A stretch of DNA of 49,126 nt from Candidatus Omnitrophota bacterium (GTDB lineage: Bacteria; Omnitrophota; Gorgyraeia; JAFGHF01). The position numbers were made by a program, and so were the translations under genes. The notes under the pieces are model-generated. The model saw nothing but the letters and a program-made list of their open reading frames with translations, was not told the DNA's origin and did not search any database. Positions 37,918 to 47,121 of the stretch are shown here, in pieces. The stretch covers positions 1 through 49,126 of the forward strand of contig JAZDHS010000034.1 of NCBI GenBank assembly GCA_043805735.1, in the 5' to 3' direction. Numbering within the stretch: position 1 is the first letter of the stretch; each line of letters starts with the position of its first letter.

Positions 37918-38495
37918 GCCTCTTCCCTATTCCAATGCGTCGAATGCACGATAATGTTGTCGCCGACCAGAAAAGTATTATCATCCAAATCCGTATCAGC
38001 CGGTTTCAAAGTAAGCGCCCCATAGGGGCAACTGCTGACGCATAAAGGCTGGTGCTTTTCCTCCCAGCGGTCCAGACAAAAATCGCAATTGTGAATTAGT
38101 AAAGGCACTAATTCCGGATAAATCGTGCCGTAAGGACAAGCGTGCGCGCAGGAGCGGCAGCTGATACAGCGCATATTATGCCTAATGAGCAATTTGTTTT
38201 TCTCTTTTTGTTGCTCCAACGCATCTACCGGACAGGAATTAACGCAATGCGCCTCCTCACAGCGGCGGCAGACCAGCGCATAATTAGCCAATTCGGCGCA
38301 GGAAAGAATCCCATTATTGCCGCTATCGTTATCTTTACTATCCTGCTGATGGTAGAAATAACTGCATTTAATCACGCACTGTTTGCACTCGCCGGCAGCG
38401 CAAATATCCAAGTCAATAAACAGGCGTTTATCCTTGCCCTTTTTTGGGGCGAGATTAAGTTTTCCCTGATGCAGTTGTTCGGCGCTTAAGCCCAT
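37914..38495 (-). CDS. Multi-[4Fe-4S] ferredoxin-like subunit
   Basis: CRRCEEAHCVNSCP, CISCRSCAHACP, CDFC...CVSSCP. Confidence 0.85.
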   Translation of the reverse strand: MGLSAEQLHQGKLNLAPKKGKDKRLFIDLDICAAGECKQCVIKCSYFYHQQDSKDNDSGNNGILSCAELANYALVCRRCEEAHCVNSCPVDALEQQKEKNKLLIRHNMRCISCRSCAHACPYGTIYPELVPLLIHNCDFCLDRWEEKHQPLCVSSCPYGALTLKPADTDLDDNTFLVGDNIIVHSTHWNREEA

Positions 38496-38499
38496 TTTA

Positions 38500-39327
38500 T
38501 CAATACCAGATGTTGGAGAACGTTTTTATTTGCGAATAAAGAAATACCGGGCCGTCTTTACAGGCATAATAAATCCCCAGGCGGCAATGTCCGCATTTAC
38601 CCAAGCCGCAGGACATATTCTTTTCCATCGAAAGATAAATATTATTTTCGGCGAAGCCCATCTCTAAAATCTTTAAGGTAGCGAATTTCATCATAATCGG
38701 CGGCCCGCAGACTATCGCCACGCCGATTTTATAATCCATATCCACATCGCCTAATATAGTCGTCACCAGGCCGACATGGCCTTTCCAGGTTTCATCGCCT
38801 TTATCAACAGTCAGCTTGATATTGAGGTCTTTGCGTTGGAACCAGGTTTCGGTTTCGTTTTTATAGACCATCTCCTCAGGTGAGCGGCATCCACCGCGGA
38901 AGAATAACTTTTTAAATTCACCGGAGCGGTCAAATAAGGCATACATCAAACTGCGCAAGGGGGCGAACCCGCAGCCACCGCCGACCACTAAAATTTCTTT
39001 CCCGCGAAACTCGTCCAAGGGGTAACCCCGGCCAAATGGGCCACGCACGCCGATCGTATCGCCTTTTTTGAGCTGGTGCACATATTCAGTCACCCGGCCG
39101 ACCTTCATTACCGTAACTTCCATTATATCTTTTACCGCCGGCCGGGAAGATGGGGTAAACGGCGCTTCCCCTACTCCGGGAATGGTAATTTCCACGAACT
39201 GTCCGGTAGCAAAGCTAATTTGCTCTTTCGGCTGAAAGCGGATAGTCTTAATCGATGGGGTTTCTGGGATTACCTCCAGCACCTCGGCTTCAATTGGCCG
39301 ATAGGGATTTTTACAATCAGGCATCAC
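38500..39327 (-). CDS. FAD/NAD(P)-binding [2Fe-2S] subunit (AsrB/HydG/FlxA-like)
   Basis: GEAPF, RGPFGRG, GGGCGFAPLRS, CGPPIMM, MSCGLGKCGHC...CKDGP. Confidence 0.9.
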   Translation of the reverse strand: MMPDCKNPYRPIEAEVLEVIPETPSIKTIRFQPKEQISFATGQFVEITIPGVGEAPFTPSSRPAVKDIMEVTVMKVGRVTEYVHQLKKGDTIGVRGPFGRGYPLDEFRGKEILVVGGGCGFAPLRSLMYALFDRSGEFKKLFFRGGCRSPEEMVYKNETETWFQRKDLNIKLTVDKGDETWKGHVGLVTTILGDVDMDYKIGVAIVCGPPIMMKFATLKILEMGFAENNIYLSMEKNMSCGLGKCGHCRLGIYYACKDGPVFLYSQIKTFSNIWY

Positions 39328-40345
39328 TCACCAGCTTCTTTAGCACCCGGCGGATATCAATCTTGGCCGGACAAGCCGAAATACAACGCCCGCAGCCGGT
39401 GCAGGCATAGACATTGGCCACTTTAGGAAAGAAATCAAATTTCTTCTCAAAACGGTTGCGTAGGCGCATCCACAATTTTTCCCGCGGGTTGGCACCACCG
39501 GCCACCCGGGCAAAATCCTTAATCAGGCAGGAATCCCAAATCCGCAGGCGGCTGATCCGTTTTTGGTCTTTCTGGTCATATAACAGAAAACAGTGGCAGG
39601 TCGGGCAAATCGTATTACAGGCCCCGCATTCAACACAGGTTTTGGCCTCCTCCTGCCAAAGCCCCGCTTCATACTTTTTCTCGATCGTGCCTTTATAAAA
39701 ATCCTGATGCGGCACTTCATATTTTTGCAGATTTTCTTCTACTTCTTCGATAACGCGCTTTCTCTGCGCGTCGCGCTCGGAAATGGCAGTGAGATCGGCC
39801 GCCGAAAACAGCGCCGAGTGTTTGCTTAGAATGGCCGCGCCCTTTGGCGAGCCGGATTCCACTAAGAATCCACCTCTTACCGAAGAGAGATTGAGGTCAA
39901 AGGCCTCTTGAGGATGGGGCTTGACGCCTAAGGCCAGGCAAAAACAGGTGGCAATAGCGCAGGTGCAGTCCGCGGCGATAATCAAATTGTTTTGGCGCGC
40001 CTGGGCGTAGAAAGGATCCTGGTAATCATGGTCCTGAAAAACAAAATCCTGAATCTTGAAACCCTTAAGATCACAGGCCTTAACCCCGACAATGGCAAAG
40101 GGTTTGGCCGGGGCGTAAGGAACGCTGTCCTTAAAGCCTTCGGCGACTATTTCCCGCGCCCGGCTAAAAAAAGCCTTCAGCGGCTCAAATGGCCGGACCT
40201 CGCCAACCACAATATCCTTGATATCCACGCTGTATGGCGCGTAAAAACGCTGTTCGCCTTTTTTGACCGGTACATATACCGCGTAATCGCGGGAGAGCGC
40301 GTCAAGAAATGCGTTAAAGTCTTTCTGGGAAAGAAAATGGGCCAT
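39317..40345 (-). CDS. 4Fe-4S dicluster subunit (AsrA/HydB/FlxB-like)
   Basis: GVKACDL, CFC, CVECGACNTICPTCHCF, WDSC, CTGCGRCISACP. Confidence 0.9.
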   Translation of the reverse strand: MAHFLSQKDFNAFLDALSRDYAVYVPVKKGEQRFYAPYSVDIKDIVVGEVRPFEPLKAFFSRAREIVAEGFKDSVPYAPAKPFAIVGVKACDLKGFKIQDFVFQDHDYQDPFYAQARQNNLIIAADCTCAIATCFCLALGVKPHPQEAFDLNLSSVRGGFLVESGSPKGAAILSKHSALFSAADLTAISERDAQRKRVIEEVEENLQKYEVPHQDFYKGTIEKKYEAGLWQEEAKTCVECGACNTICPTCHCFLLYDQKDQKRISRLRIWDSCLIKDFARVAGGANPREKLWMRLRNRFEKKFDFFPKVANVYACTGCGRCISACPAKIDIRRVLKKLVSDA

Positions 40346-40346
40346 G

Positions 40347-40988
40347 TTAAGCGAAGATCGCCTTTTTGTTCACTAAAAAGTAAGGAAGGGTTTCCAATTC
40401 CCGCGATAAGTCCACGGCTTTTACCTTGACCTGTTCCGGCGCGTTAATCGCGGTAGGGGCAAAATTCAACAGGCATTCAATGCCGGCAGAGATTAAGATG
40501 TCGGCGACTCCTTGCGCTTCTTTAGCCGGAACAGCAATAATCGCAATCGTAATCTTTTTTTCGGCAACAGCGCGCGGCAGCTCTTCGATCGACTGTACCG
40601 TAACTTCCTTCAGTTGCTTGCCGATTTTACGGCTATCGGCATCAAAGGCGGCCACGATATGCAAGCCGCGTTCTTTAAATCCCGGATAGGTTAACAGGGC
40701 CGAACCTAAATGCCCCGCCCCCACTACCGCTACATTCCAGGTTTTGTCTCTTCCTAGTATCTTCTCTAACGCCACTTTGAGTTCAGTGGTGTTATAACCG
40801 GCCCCGCTCACCCCGAATTGGCCGAAATAGCCTAAATCTTTGCGCACCTGGGCGTCGCTTAAGTTAATCCGCTCCCCTAATTCGGCGGAAGAAATCGTGT
40901 GGATATTGATTTTGACCAATTCCGTAATTTCTCTTAAGTAAACTACCAGGCGGGAAATAACCGCTTCGGGAACTTTTTTATTGCTCAT
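40347..40988 (-). CDS. rex: Redox-sensing repressor Rex
   Basis: ISSAELG, QVRKDLGYFGQFG...GY, GAGHLG, LNFAP. Confidence 0.96.
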   Translation of the reverse strand: MSNKKVPEAVISRLVVYLREITELVKINIHTISSAELGERINLSDAQVRKDLGYFGQFGVSGAGYNTTELKVALEKILGRDKTWNVAVVGAGHLGSALLTYPGFKERGLHIVAAFDADSRKIGKQLKEVTVQSIEELPRAVAEKKITIAIIAVPAKEAQGVADILISAGIECLLNFAPTAINAPEQVKVKAVDLSRELETLPYFLVNKKAIFA

Positions 40989-40998
40989 TGGCTCAACT

Positions 40999-41037
40999 TC
41001 GTAATGTTATTCACAGAGTTTGTGCTAATTTTCACAA
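40999..41037. promoter_or_regulatory. Tandem Rex operators
   Basis: TTGTGCTAATTTTCACAA (41020-37, 12/14 match to TTGTGAAnnnnTTCACAA) and TCGTAATGTTATTCACAG (40999-41016, 10/14). Confidence 0.82.
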
Positions 41038-41066
41038 AGTATAACAAATAAAAAAGTCACTGTCAA
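41038..41066 (-). promoter_or_regulatory. Sigma70 promoter of the rex-hydrogenase operon
   Basis: TTGACA-17-TATACT with TGn extension, immediately followed by the Rex box. Confidence 0.82.
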
Positions 41067-42136
41067 GAAAAAACTTTGTTAATCGTTCCTCCACCCACCA
41101 CGCAATCGCCCTGATACATTACTGCCGCCTGGCCCGGCGTTACCGCCCACTGCGGCTGGTCAAAACAGATCCGGACCGCCTTTTTGCCTTCAGCAAAGAC
41201 GGTAGCGCTGGCTACCTGATGTTGATAACGCACCCGCACCTTGACCCGCAAACGCGCAGGACATTCCTTTATATATATAAAGTTCAGCTGGTTGGCAACT
41301 AAGCCCGCGGCATAGACCTCGTCCTTGCTGCCCACTATAATTGTATTGTTTTTCTTTTCTATCGCCGCAACATATAACGGCTCTTTATAGGCAATGCCGA
41401 TACCCTTGCGCTGCCCGATAGTGTAAAAGGCTATTCCCTGGTGCCGGCCGATTACCTGGCCTTCCCTATTAACAATTGGCCCGGGCTGTACTGTTTTCGG
41501 ACTGTGCTGGCGTAAAAATCTCCCATAATCATTATCGGGGATAAAGCAAATTTCCTGCGACCCGGGTTTATCGGCAACCGGCAGGCCTTTCTTTTTAGCA
41601 ATGCCTCTCACCTGCTGTTTAGTCAGCTCTCCTAACGGCATCAAAATTCGGCGTAATTGCGCCTGGGAAAGGGCATACAAGAAATAAGACTGATCCTTGT
41701 GGCTATCCCGGCCTTTTTTGAGCACAAAGCGTTTACTGCGCTGATTTAACTGGACACGGGCATAATGGCCGGTAGCGACATAGTCGGCATCTAACTGCCG
41801 CGCGCGCTTAAGCAGGGCATCAAACTTGATATATTGATTACAGCGCACGCAAGGATTGGGCGTGCGGCCACGGGAATATTCGGCGCAGAAAGGCGAGATT
41901 ATTTTTTCTTGAAAGACCTGCTTAAAATTAAGCACATAATGCGGTATCTTTAATAGGCGCGCTACCCGCCGGGCATCCTCAATACCGCTTAAGCCGCAAC
42001 AGCTGCCGGAGGCATCCGGTTGCCAGATTTGCATCGTCACGCCGACAACATCATAGCCCTGATCTTTTAACAGTGCCGCCGCAACGGAGGAATCCACCCC
42101 TCCGCTCATCGCTACGATAACTCTTTTCTTACCCAT
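41063..42136 (-). CDS. mnmA: tRNA 2-thiouridylase
   Basis: AMSGGVDSS, TPNPC..CN, ATGHYA, KDQSYFL, SQEICF, YTIGQR, TPGQ. Confidence 0.97.
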   Translation of the reverse strand: MGKKRVIVAMSGGVDSSVAAALLKDQGYDVVGVTMQIWQPDASGSCCGLSGIEDARRVARLLKIPHYVLNFKQVFQEKIISPFCAEYSRGRTPNPCVRCNQYIKFDALLKRARQLDADYVATGHYARVQLNQRSKRFVLKKGRDSHKDQSYFLYALSQAQLRRILMPLGELTKQQVRGIAKKKGLPVADKPGSQEICFIPDNDYGRFLRQHSPKTVQPGPIVNREGQVIGRHQGIAFYTIGQRKGIGIAYKEPLYVAAIEKKNNTIIVGSKDEVYAAGLVANQLNFIYIKECPARLRVKVRVRYQHQVASATVFAEGKKAVRICFDQPQWAVTPGQAAVMYQGDCVVGGGTINKVFS

Positions 42137-43060
42137 TTACGCCAACACGCCGCTGCTTAAGTAGCGTTCGCCGCTATCGGGCACAATCACGACAATCAGC
42201 TTGCCTTGGTTTTCTTTGCGTTTGGCTACTTCTATCGCTGCCCAAACCGCAGCCCCGGAAGAAATTCCGGCAACAATACCCTCTTCTTTGGCCAGGCGTT
42301 TGGCAATATCCCAGGCATCATCGTTACTAACCGTAATTACCTCATCAATGATCTTGACATTTAACACCTCGGGCACAAAACCGGCGCCGATACCTTGAAT
42401 CTGATGTGGCCCTGGTTTTCCTCCGGAAAGCACGGGTGAATCTTTGGGCTCGACCGCGATCGCCTTAAACTGCGGTTTTTTCTTTTTGATTGCTTCGGCG
42501 ATGCCGGTAATCGTGCCGCCGGTGCCCACGCCGCAGACTAAAATATCGACTTTTCCGTCAGTATCACGCCAGATTTCCTCGGCCGTAGTCTGGCGGTGAA
42601 TCTCCGGGTTAGCTGGGTTTTTGAACTGCTGGGGCATAAAAGCACCGCGGGTTTGCGCCACAAGCTCTTCTGCCTTTTTTACCGCCCCGCTCATCCCCTG
42701 CGCCCCGGGGGTTAATACCACCTGGGCCCCTAAAAGGAAGAGCAGCTTGCGGCGTTCAAGAGACATTGAATCCGGCATTACCAGAATTAGTTTATAGCCC
42801 TTCACCGCGCAGGTAAAGGCCAGGCCAATGCCGGTATTGCCGCTGGTCGGTTCAATAATCGTCGCGTCTTGTTTAATCAGCCCTTTGCGCTCGGCATCTT
42901 CAATCATCGCCACGCCAATCCGGTCTTTTACACTCGACATCGGATTGAAGTATTCCAATTTCGCGGCCACTTCCGCCACAGCGCCTTGGGTTATTTTACG
43001 CAATCGCACCAAGGGGGTATTGCCCACCAGCTTGGTGATGTCATCGGCAATCCGTGCCAT
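42137..43060 (-). CDS. cysK: Cysteine synthase A
   Basis: [38 protein letters not shown]. Confidence 0.96.
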   Translation of the reverse strand: MARIADDITKLVGNTPLVRLRKITQGAVAEVAAKLEYFNPMSSVKDRIGVAMIEDAERKGLIKQDATIIEPTSGNTGIGLAFTCAVKGYKLILVMPDSMSLERRKLLFLLGAQVVLTPGAQGMSGAVKKAEELVAQTRGAFMPQQFKNPANPEIHRQTTAEEIWRDTDGKVDILVCGVGTGGTITGIAEAIKKKKPQFKAIAVEPKDSPVLSGGKPGPHQIQGIGAGFVPEVLNVKIIDEVITVSNDDAWDIAKRLAKEEGIVAGISSGAAVWAAIEVAKRKENQGKLIVVIVPDSGERYLSSGVLA

Positions 43061-43256
43061 AATCTTCTCCCTTTTTTATAAATCCAACCACGATTTCCCC
43101 ATTCAGATCAATTACGAGGGCTTCCTCCTTATAATCGCATAGATGTATGACTTCTGTTTCTGTGACACTACAACACCCGCTTAACACTTCTTTAGCTAAA
43201 AGAAAGGTCTGACTTTTTTCTTTACGTGGGCTTGATGATATAAGTAATATTTGCAT
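43041..43256 (-). pseudogene. Truncated flavodoxin-like (FMN reductase) N-terminus joined to an unrelated tail
   Basis: MQILLISSSPRK..SQT..LA...EVIHLCDY stops before the CxxCxxC motif typical of Fe-S flavoproteins. Confidence 0.6.
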
Positions 43257-43273
43257 TTGGCCACCTTTTTTTA

Positions 43274-43302
43274 ATTATACCATTTTCATTTCAAAATGGT
43301 AA
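43274..43302 (-). promoter_or_regulatory. Putative promoter with palindrome upstream of the remnant-cysK-mnmA run
   Basis: TTACCA-17-TATAAT (TGn-extended); overlaps TACCATTTT-N6-AAAATGGTA. Confidence 0.5.
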
Positions 43303-43314
43303 GAGAAAATTAGA

Positions 43315-43347
43315 AACCCTCTGCAATATATTATATAGCAGAGGGTT
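43315..43347. terminator. Stem-loop, possible terminator
   Basis: aaccctctgc-N13-gcagagggtt; followed by UUUCU on the minus strand. Confidence 0.55.
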
Positions 43348-43572
43348 AGATTTAGTGGCTTCCCGCTATAGAAGAATTTCGCGACTGGATTTTAACGCAT
43401 AACCCTATAGAGGAATGGGGCGAAGATTATAACTTCAATATTTGTTAGAAGATCTAAATATCTAGGGATGCCCGATTAACTTACTGGACGTCCCCAACTA
43501 TAACGTTTTACGACAAAGATCTAATATGGAGGAGGCGGGAAAATTAGTGGGCCAGTACAACAGTCTCTAATT

Positions 43573-43863
43573 TTACACCAGTTGAACTTCCAAGCGCTTA
43601 CCAAGCGCATTAGCGGCTTTCTCTAACGTCAAAAGAGTGACAGACTTGTTGGCCGGATCAAGGAGTCTGTTTAATTGCCTACGACTCTTCATATGAATTC
43701 TCATTGTCATTCTCGACTTGGAAATATTATTTTTTTTCATAAGTTTCCATATCTGGAATGCAATGACTTTTTTTGCTGCAGCGGCCTGAGTCTCTTCCAA
43801 GATGCCCTCTTCTTGAAGAAAGTCATCAAAACTGGAACCTATATGCTTATTTGCTCGTTTCAT
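43573..43863 (-). CDS. XRE/HTH antitoxin (HigA-like)
   Basis: HIGSSFDDFL.EEG, SR.QL.RLLDP...VTL.TL.KAA.ALG; follows the toxin. Confidence 0.85.
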   Translation of the reverse strand: MKRANKHIGSSFDDFLQEEGILEETQAAAAKKVIAFQIWKLMKKNNISKSRMTMRIHMKSRRQLNRLLDPANKSVTLLTLEKAANALGKRLEVQLV

Positions 43864-43867
43864 TTAT

Positions 43868-44215
43868 CTACCCCCTGTTTAATTGTTTCATTCGTTTTAT
43901 AGCTAAATTGAGATCATCTTTTGGAGTCTTCTCTGTCTTTTTAATAAATCCGTGCAAAAGAATTATCTGATTTTCAGATAAAGTAAATAAGACTCGTGAA
44001 ATTTTATTCTCCAACCTAGTCCTTACTTCCCATATTCCATTACATATTTTTCTTGCCAAAGGCATTCCTATTGGCCAACCGTATTGAACTGTATTAATAT
44101 CCTCACCTATTGCTTTTTTATCTTCGTTAGGTAAAGATCTTAACCATTCCCTTACGGGTTCATTTCCGGTTTCTGTTCTAAAAAACCTCACTTCTAAAGG
44201 ATATTCTCTCTTCAT
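43868..44215 (-). CDS. RelE/HigB-family toxin (Gp49/DUF891-like)
   Basis: GNEPVREWL, GWPIGMP, IWEVR, LLHGFIKK..KTP. Confidence 0.88.
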   Translation of the reverse strand: MKREYPLEVRFFRTETGNEPVREWLRSLPNEDKKAIGEDINTVQYGWPIGMPLARKICNGIWEVRTRLENKISRVLFTLSENQIILLHGFIKKTEKTPKDDLNLAIKRMKQLNRG

Positions 44216-44223
44216 CTACTATA

Positions 44224-44251
44224 AGTGTACCATTTTTGGTACATTTGTCAA
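44224..44251 (-). promoter_or_regulatory. Toxin-antitoxin promoter and operator, probably leaderless transcript
   Basis: TTGACA-16-TACACT overlapped by palindrome TGTACCA-N4-TGGTACA (44226-43); ATG 8 nt after the -10 box. Confidence 0.72.
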
Positions 44252-44335
44252 GCCTTTTTATCAAACATTTACCTCTCCCCGATACGTTTACTCATCAAAC
44301 TACATTCAATGAGGTAAGGCAATTTTCAGGGTAGC

Positions 44336-44364
44336 TTGCACTTTTGCCCTTTTAGATGTATAAT
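44336..44364 (+). promoter_or_regulatory. Sigma70 promoter of pdo-trxB
   Basis: TTGCAC-17-TATAAT; GGGAG RBS before the ATG at 44405. Confidence 0.7.
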
Positions 44365-44404
44365 GCTCCAGCATTAAGAACTGACACTAAACCGGGAGAA
44401 AAAC

Positions 44405-45043
44405 ATGTTTTTGAATGAAGAACTAAAGAGCCAAATTAAAGAAAGGTTTAAAGATTTAAAAGATGATGTAACGCTTGTGGTTTTCACACAGCAAAGTGAA
44501 TGCCAGTATTGTGAAGAAAACCAAGAACTTGCAAAAGAAGTATCAGAAATATCGGACAAAATCTCTACAAAAGTCTTCGATTTCCAGTCAGATAAAGAAC
44601 AGGCCAAAAAGTACGGTATCGATAAAGTACCTGCCATAGCTATTATAGGTAAAGTCGATTACGGCATACGCTTATATGGCATACCAACCGGATATGACTT
44701 TGTATCACTTATAGAGGGCATTCGAATCGTTTCAACGGGAGAAACACAGCTAACTAGCGAAGAAAATAAATATCTGGCTAATCTTGATAAGGATACTCAC
44801 TTGCAAGTCTTCGTATCGCCCGATTGTCCACACTGCCCCTCAGCAACAATAGTTGCCCAACAAATGGCAATAGCAAGCAGCAAAGTTAAAGCGGACATGA
44901 TCGACTCTTCGCAATTCCCTCATTTGGCGAAAAAATACAATGTAAGAGGAGTACCTCACACAGTGATTAATGAAACATCACATCAGGAAGGTGCAGCACC
45001 GATCTCTATGATCATTGCAAAAATCAACGAAACGCTGGGCTAA
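44405..45043 (+). CDS. Protein disulfide oxidoreductase (PDO, two thioredoxin folds)
   Basis: CQYC and CPHC active sites, GIP.GYDF, VPHT. Confidence 0.9.
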   Translation: MFLNEELKSQIKERFKDLKDDVTLVVFTQQSECQYCEENQELAKEVSEISDKISTKVFDFQSDKEQAKKYGIDKVPAIAIIGKVDYGIRLYGIPTGYDFVSLIEGIRIVSTGETQLTSEENKYLANLDKDTHLQVFVSPDCPHCPSATIVAQQMAIASSKVKADMIDSSQFPHLAKKYNVRGVPHTVINETSHQEGAAPISMIIAKINETLG

Positions 45044-45086
45044 GAAAATCGTGTTTAATTTCTCTTTAGGTAATAAGCGCTCGGGT

Positions 45087-46013
45087 GTGGACATCTCTCA
45101 GATTTTTGATGTTGTCGTTATAGGCGCAGGCCCAAGCGGCCTTACGGCTGCAATTTATGCCGGGAGATATAGATTAAAAACCCTCTTGATCGAAAAGAAA
45201 CTTGTATCTGGCGGACAATTGGCAACGATTGCACATGTAGAAAACTATCCCGGTTTTAATACAACCGTTTCAGGCAGCTACCTAGCGCAGGAAATGGAAA
45301 AACAGGCTGTAAAAAACGGCGTCTTGATCCTTCAAACCTATATTGAGTCCGTAAATTTCACCGGGCAGATAAAAGAACTGAATACGCCTAAAGGCGTCAT
45401 AAAGGCAAAGGCTCTTATCATCAGCACAGGCGCACAACCACGCATGCTTAATATACCCGGAGAACAACAACATATAGGCAAAGGCGTGTCATATTGCGCA
45501 ACCTGCGATGGACATCTTTTCATAGATAAAACAATAGCTGCGATAGGCGGCGGAAATACAGCCCTTGAGGAGGCAATAACCTTAACGAAATATGCGAAAA
45601 AGGTATTTATTATTCACAGACGGGATGAATTTCGGGCTGATAAGATACTCCAGGAAAAAATAAGAATGATCCCCAAAATTGAGCTCATGCTCAATACAAC
45701 GGTAAAAGAAATCGACTTCAGTAAGGACAATGATAGAAGGATTCTGGTCCAGACAAAGGGGCAGGATAAAACTATCCGTGTGGATGGAGTATTCATTTTT
45801 GTCGGCATAATACCAAACAGCGAACCCTTCCTTGATGCGCTAAATCTAAAAGAAGGGTTTATCACATCCGACGAAGATATGAAAACATGCGTAGAAGGCG
45901 TCTTTGTTTCAGGCGATGTCCGTTACAAAAGTTTAAGGCAAATTACAACCGCTGTTGGCGACGGCGCAACAGCTGCCTTTTCGGCAAATAAATATCTTAC
46001 AGAAAAACGTTAA
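45087..46013 (+). CDS. trxB: Thioredoxin reductase
   Basis: GAGPSG, SYCATCDG, GGGNTALEEA, HRRDEFRA, GDVR..LRQI; start uncertain (GTG at 45087). Confidence 0.93.
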   Translation: MDISQIFDVVVIGAGPSGLTAAIYAGRYRLKTLLIEKKLVSGGQLATIAHVENYPGFNTTVSGSYLAQEMEKQAVKNGVLILQTYIESVNFTGQIKELNTPKGVIKAKALIISTGAQPRMLNIPGEQQHIGKGVSYCATCDGHLFIDKTIAAIGGGNTALEEAITLTKYAKKVFIIHRRDEFRADKILQEKIRMIPKIELMLNTTVKEIDFSKDNDRRILVQTKGQDKTIRVDGVFIFVGIIPNSEPFLDALNLKEGFITSDEDMKTCVEGVFVSGDVRYKSLRQITTAVGDGATAAFSANKYLTEKR

Positions 46014-46023
46014 TTGAGCAGCT

Positions 46024-46599
46024 CTAATAAGTTTCACACCAAACTTCATAGTACGCTTGCGGATGCGCGCAGGCCGGACAGCTCGCCGGAGCCTCTTTAC
46101 CTTCGTGGACATATCCGCAATTACGGCACTTCCATTTAACGAGCATGTCTTTTTTGAACACCTTGCCGTCCTTGACATTTTTGAGTAACTTGCGATAGCG
46201 CTTCTCGTGCTCTTCTTCCACTTCGCCAATCTCTTTAAATTGCGCCGCCACTTCCTCAAACCCTTCCTGACGGGCAATCTGCTCGGCTTCTTTGTAAAGC
46301 TTTGTCCATTCCAGGTTCTCTCCGGCCGCGGCCGCCGCCAAATTTTGCGTGGTTGTGCCAATTACGCCGGCAGGATAAGTAGCGGTTATTTCCACTTCAC
46401 CGCCCTCTAAAAATTTAAAAAACCTCTTAGCGTGTTCCTTCTCATTTTCGGCGGTTTCCAAAAAGATCCCCGAAATTTGCTCGTAGCCCTCCTTTTTCGC
46501 CATCGAGGCAAAATAGGTGTAGCGGTTACGCGCCTGCGATTCCCTGGCAAAAGAAGCCAGCAGGTTTTTTTCGGTCTTTGTTCCTTTTACGCTTTTCAT
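46024..46599 (-). CDS. rbr: Rubrerythrin
   Basis: ESQARNRY, EKEHA, EEEHE diiron motifs; CRNCG...CPAC rubredoxin domain. Confidence 0.95.
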   Translation of the reverse strand: MKSVKGTKTEKNLLASFARESQARNRYTYFASMAKKEGYEQISGIFLETAENEKEHAKRFFKFLEGGEVEITATYPAGVIGTTTQNLAAAAAGENLEWTKLYKEAEQIARQEGFEEVAAQFKEIGEVEEEHEKRYRKLLKNVKDGKVFKKDMLVKWKCRNCGYVHEGKEAPASCPACAHPQAYYEVWCETY

Positions 46600-46662
46600 T
46601 TTCCTACCCCTTTTTTTAACAGCTTGAACTTACATTGCGTCTGTTACGGCGTTTCTTCCCCT

Positions 46663-47121
46663 TTATTTCAAATGGCCAGGCGTGAGGTCTATCACCTCTT
46701 CCACTTCCATCACAATCATATATTTAGGCTCAGGTAAAAGCGCTTCCGGATGGCTGCGATGGCCTTTAATGCCGCTGATATTTTTAAGCACGCGCTGGGT
46801 AATCCTCTTGGCCACCCGCTTTTCCCAGGCCGCGACCACTTCCGGAGTCATATCTTTTTGTTCGGCGATTTTCGCCCGGCCTTTTAAAGAAAAACCGCGA
46901 AAGCTATGTTCATCTACGGCTGTAACGGATATCTGGGGCTTACTCCTTAAGTTCTTGGCGGTTTCGCCATGATAGAGGTCAAGAAGATAAACGCGGCCGG
47001 AGGCGTCGATTTCCACGATCCCCTTGCAGGAATTGTGCGGCAAATCCTGCTCATCAACCGTGGTCACAATAGTAAACCCCTGTGTATGAAAAAAATGTAC
47101 TACTTCTTCGGAAAGTTTCAT
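46663..47121 (-). CDS. Pyridoxamine 5'-phosphate oxidase-like FMN-binding protein
   Basis: VTTVD...PH.SCKG, T..NL..KP, GFSLKG.A; ATGA overlap with the pfpI stop. Confidence 0.8.
   Translation of the reverse strand: MKLSEEVVHFFHTQGFTIVTTVDEQDLPHNSCKGIVEIDASGRVYLLDLYHGETAKNLRSKPQISVTAVDEHSFRGFSLKGRAKIAEQKDMTPEVVAAWEKRVAKRITQRVLKNISGIKGHRSHPEALLPEPKYMIVMEVEEVIDLTPGHLK

Noticed and set aside
38500-40345. Anaerobic sulfite reductase AsrABC
   Set aside because: No siroheme AsrC subunit in the window; the genes are coupled to hydrogenase subunits
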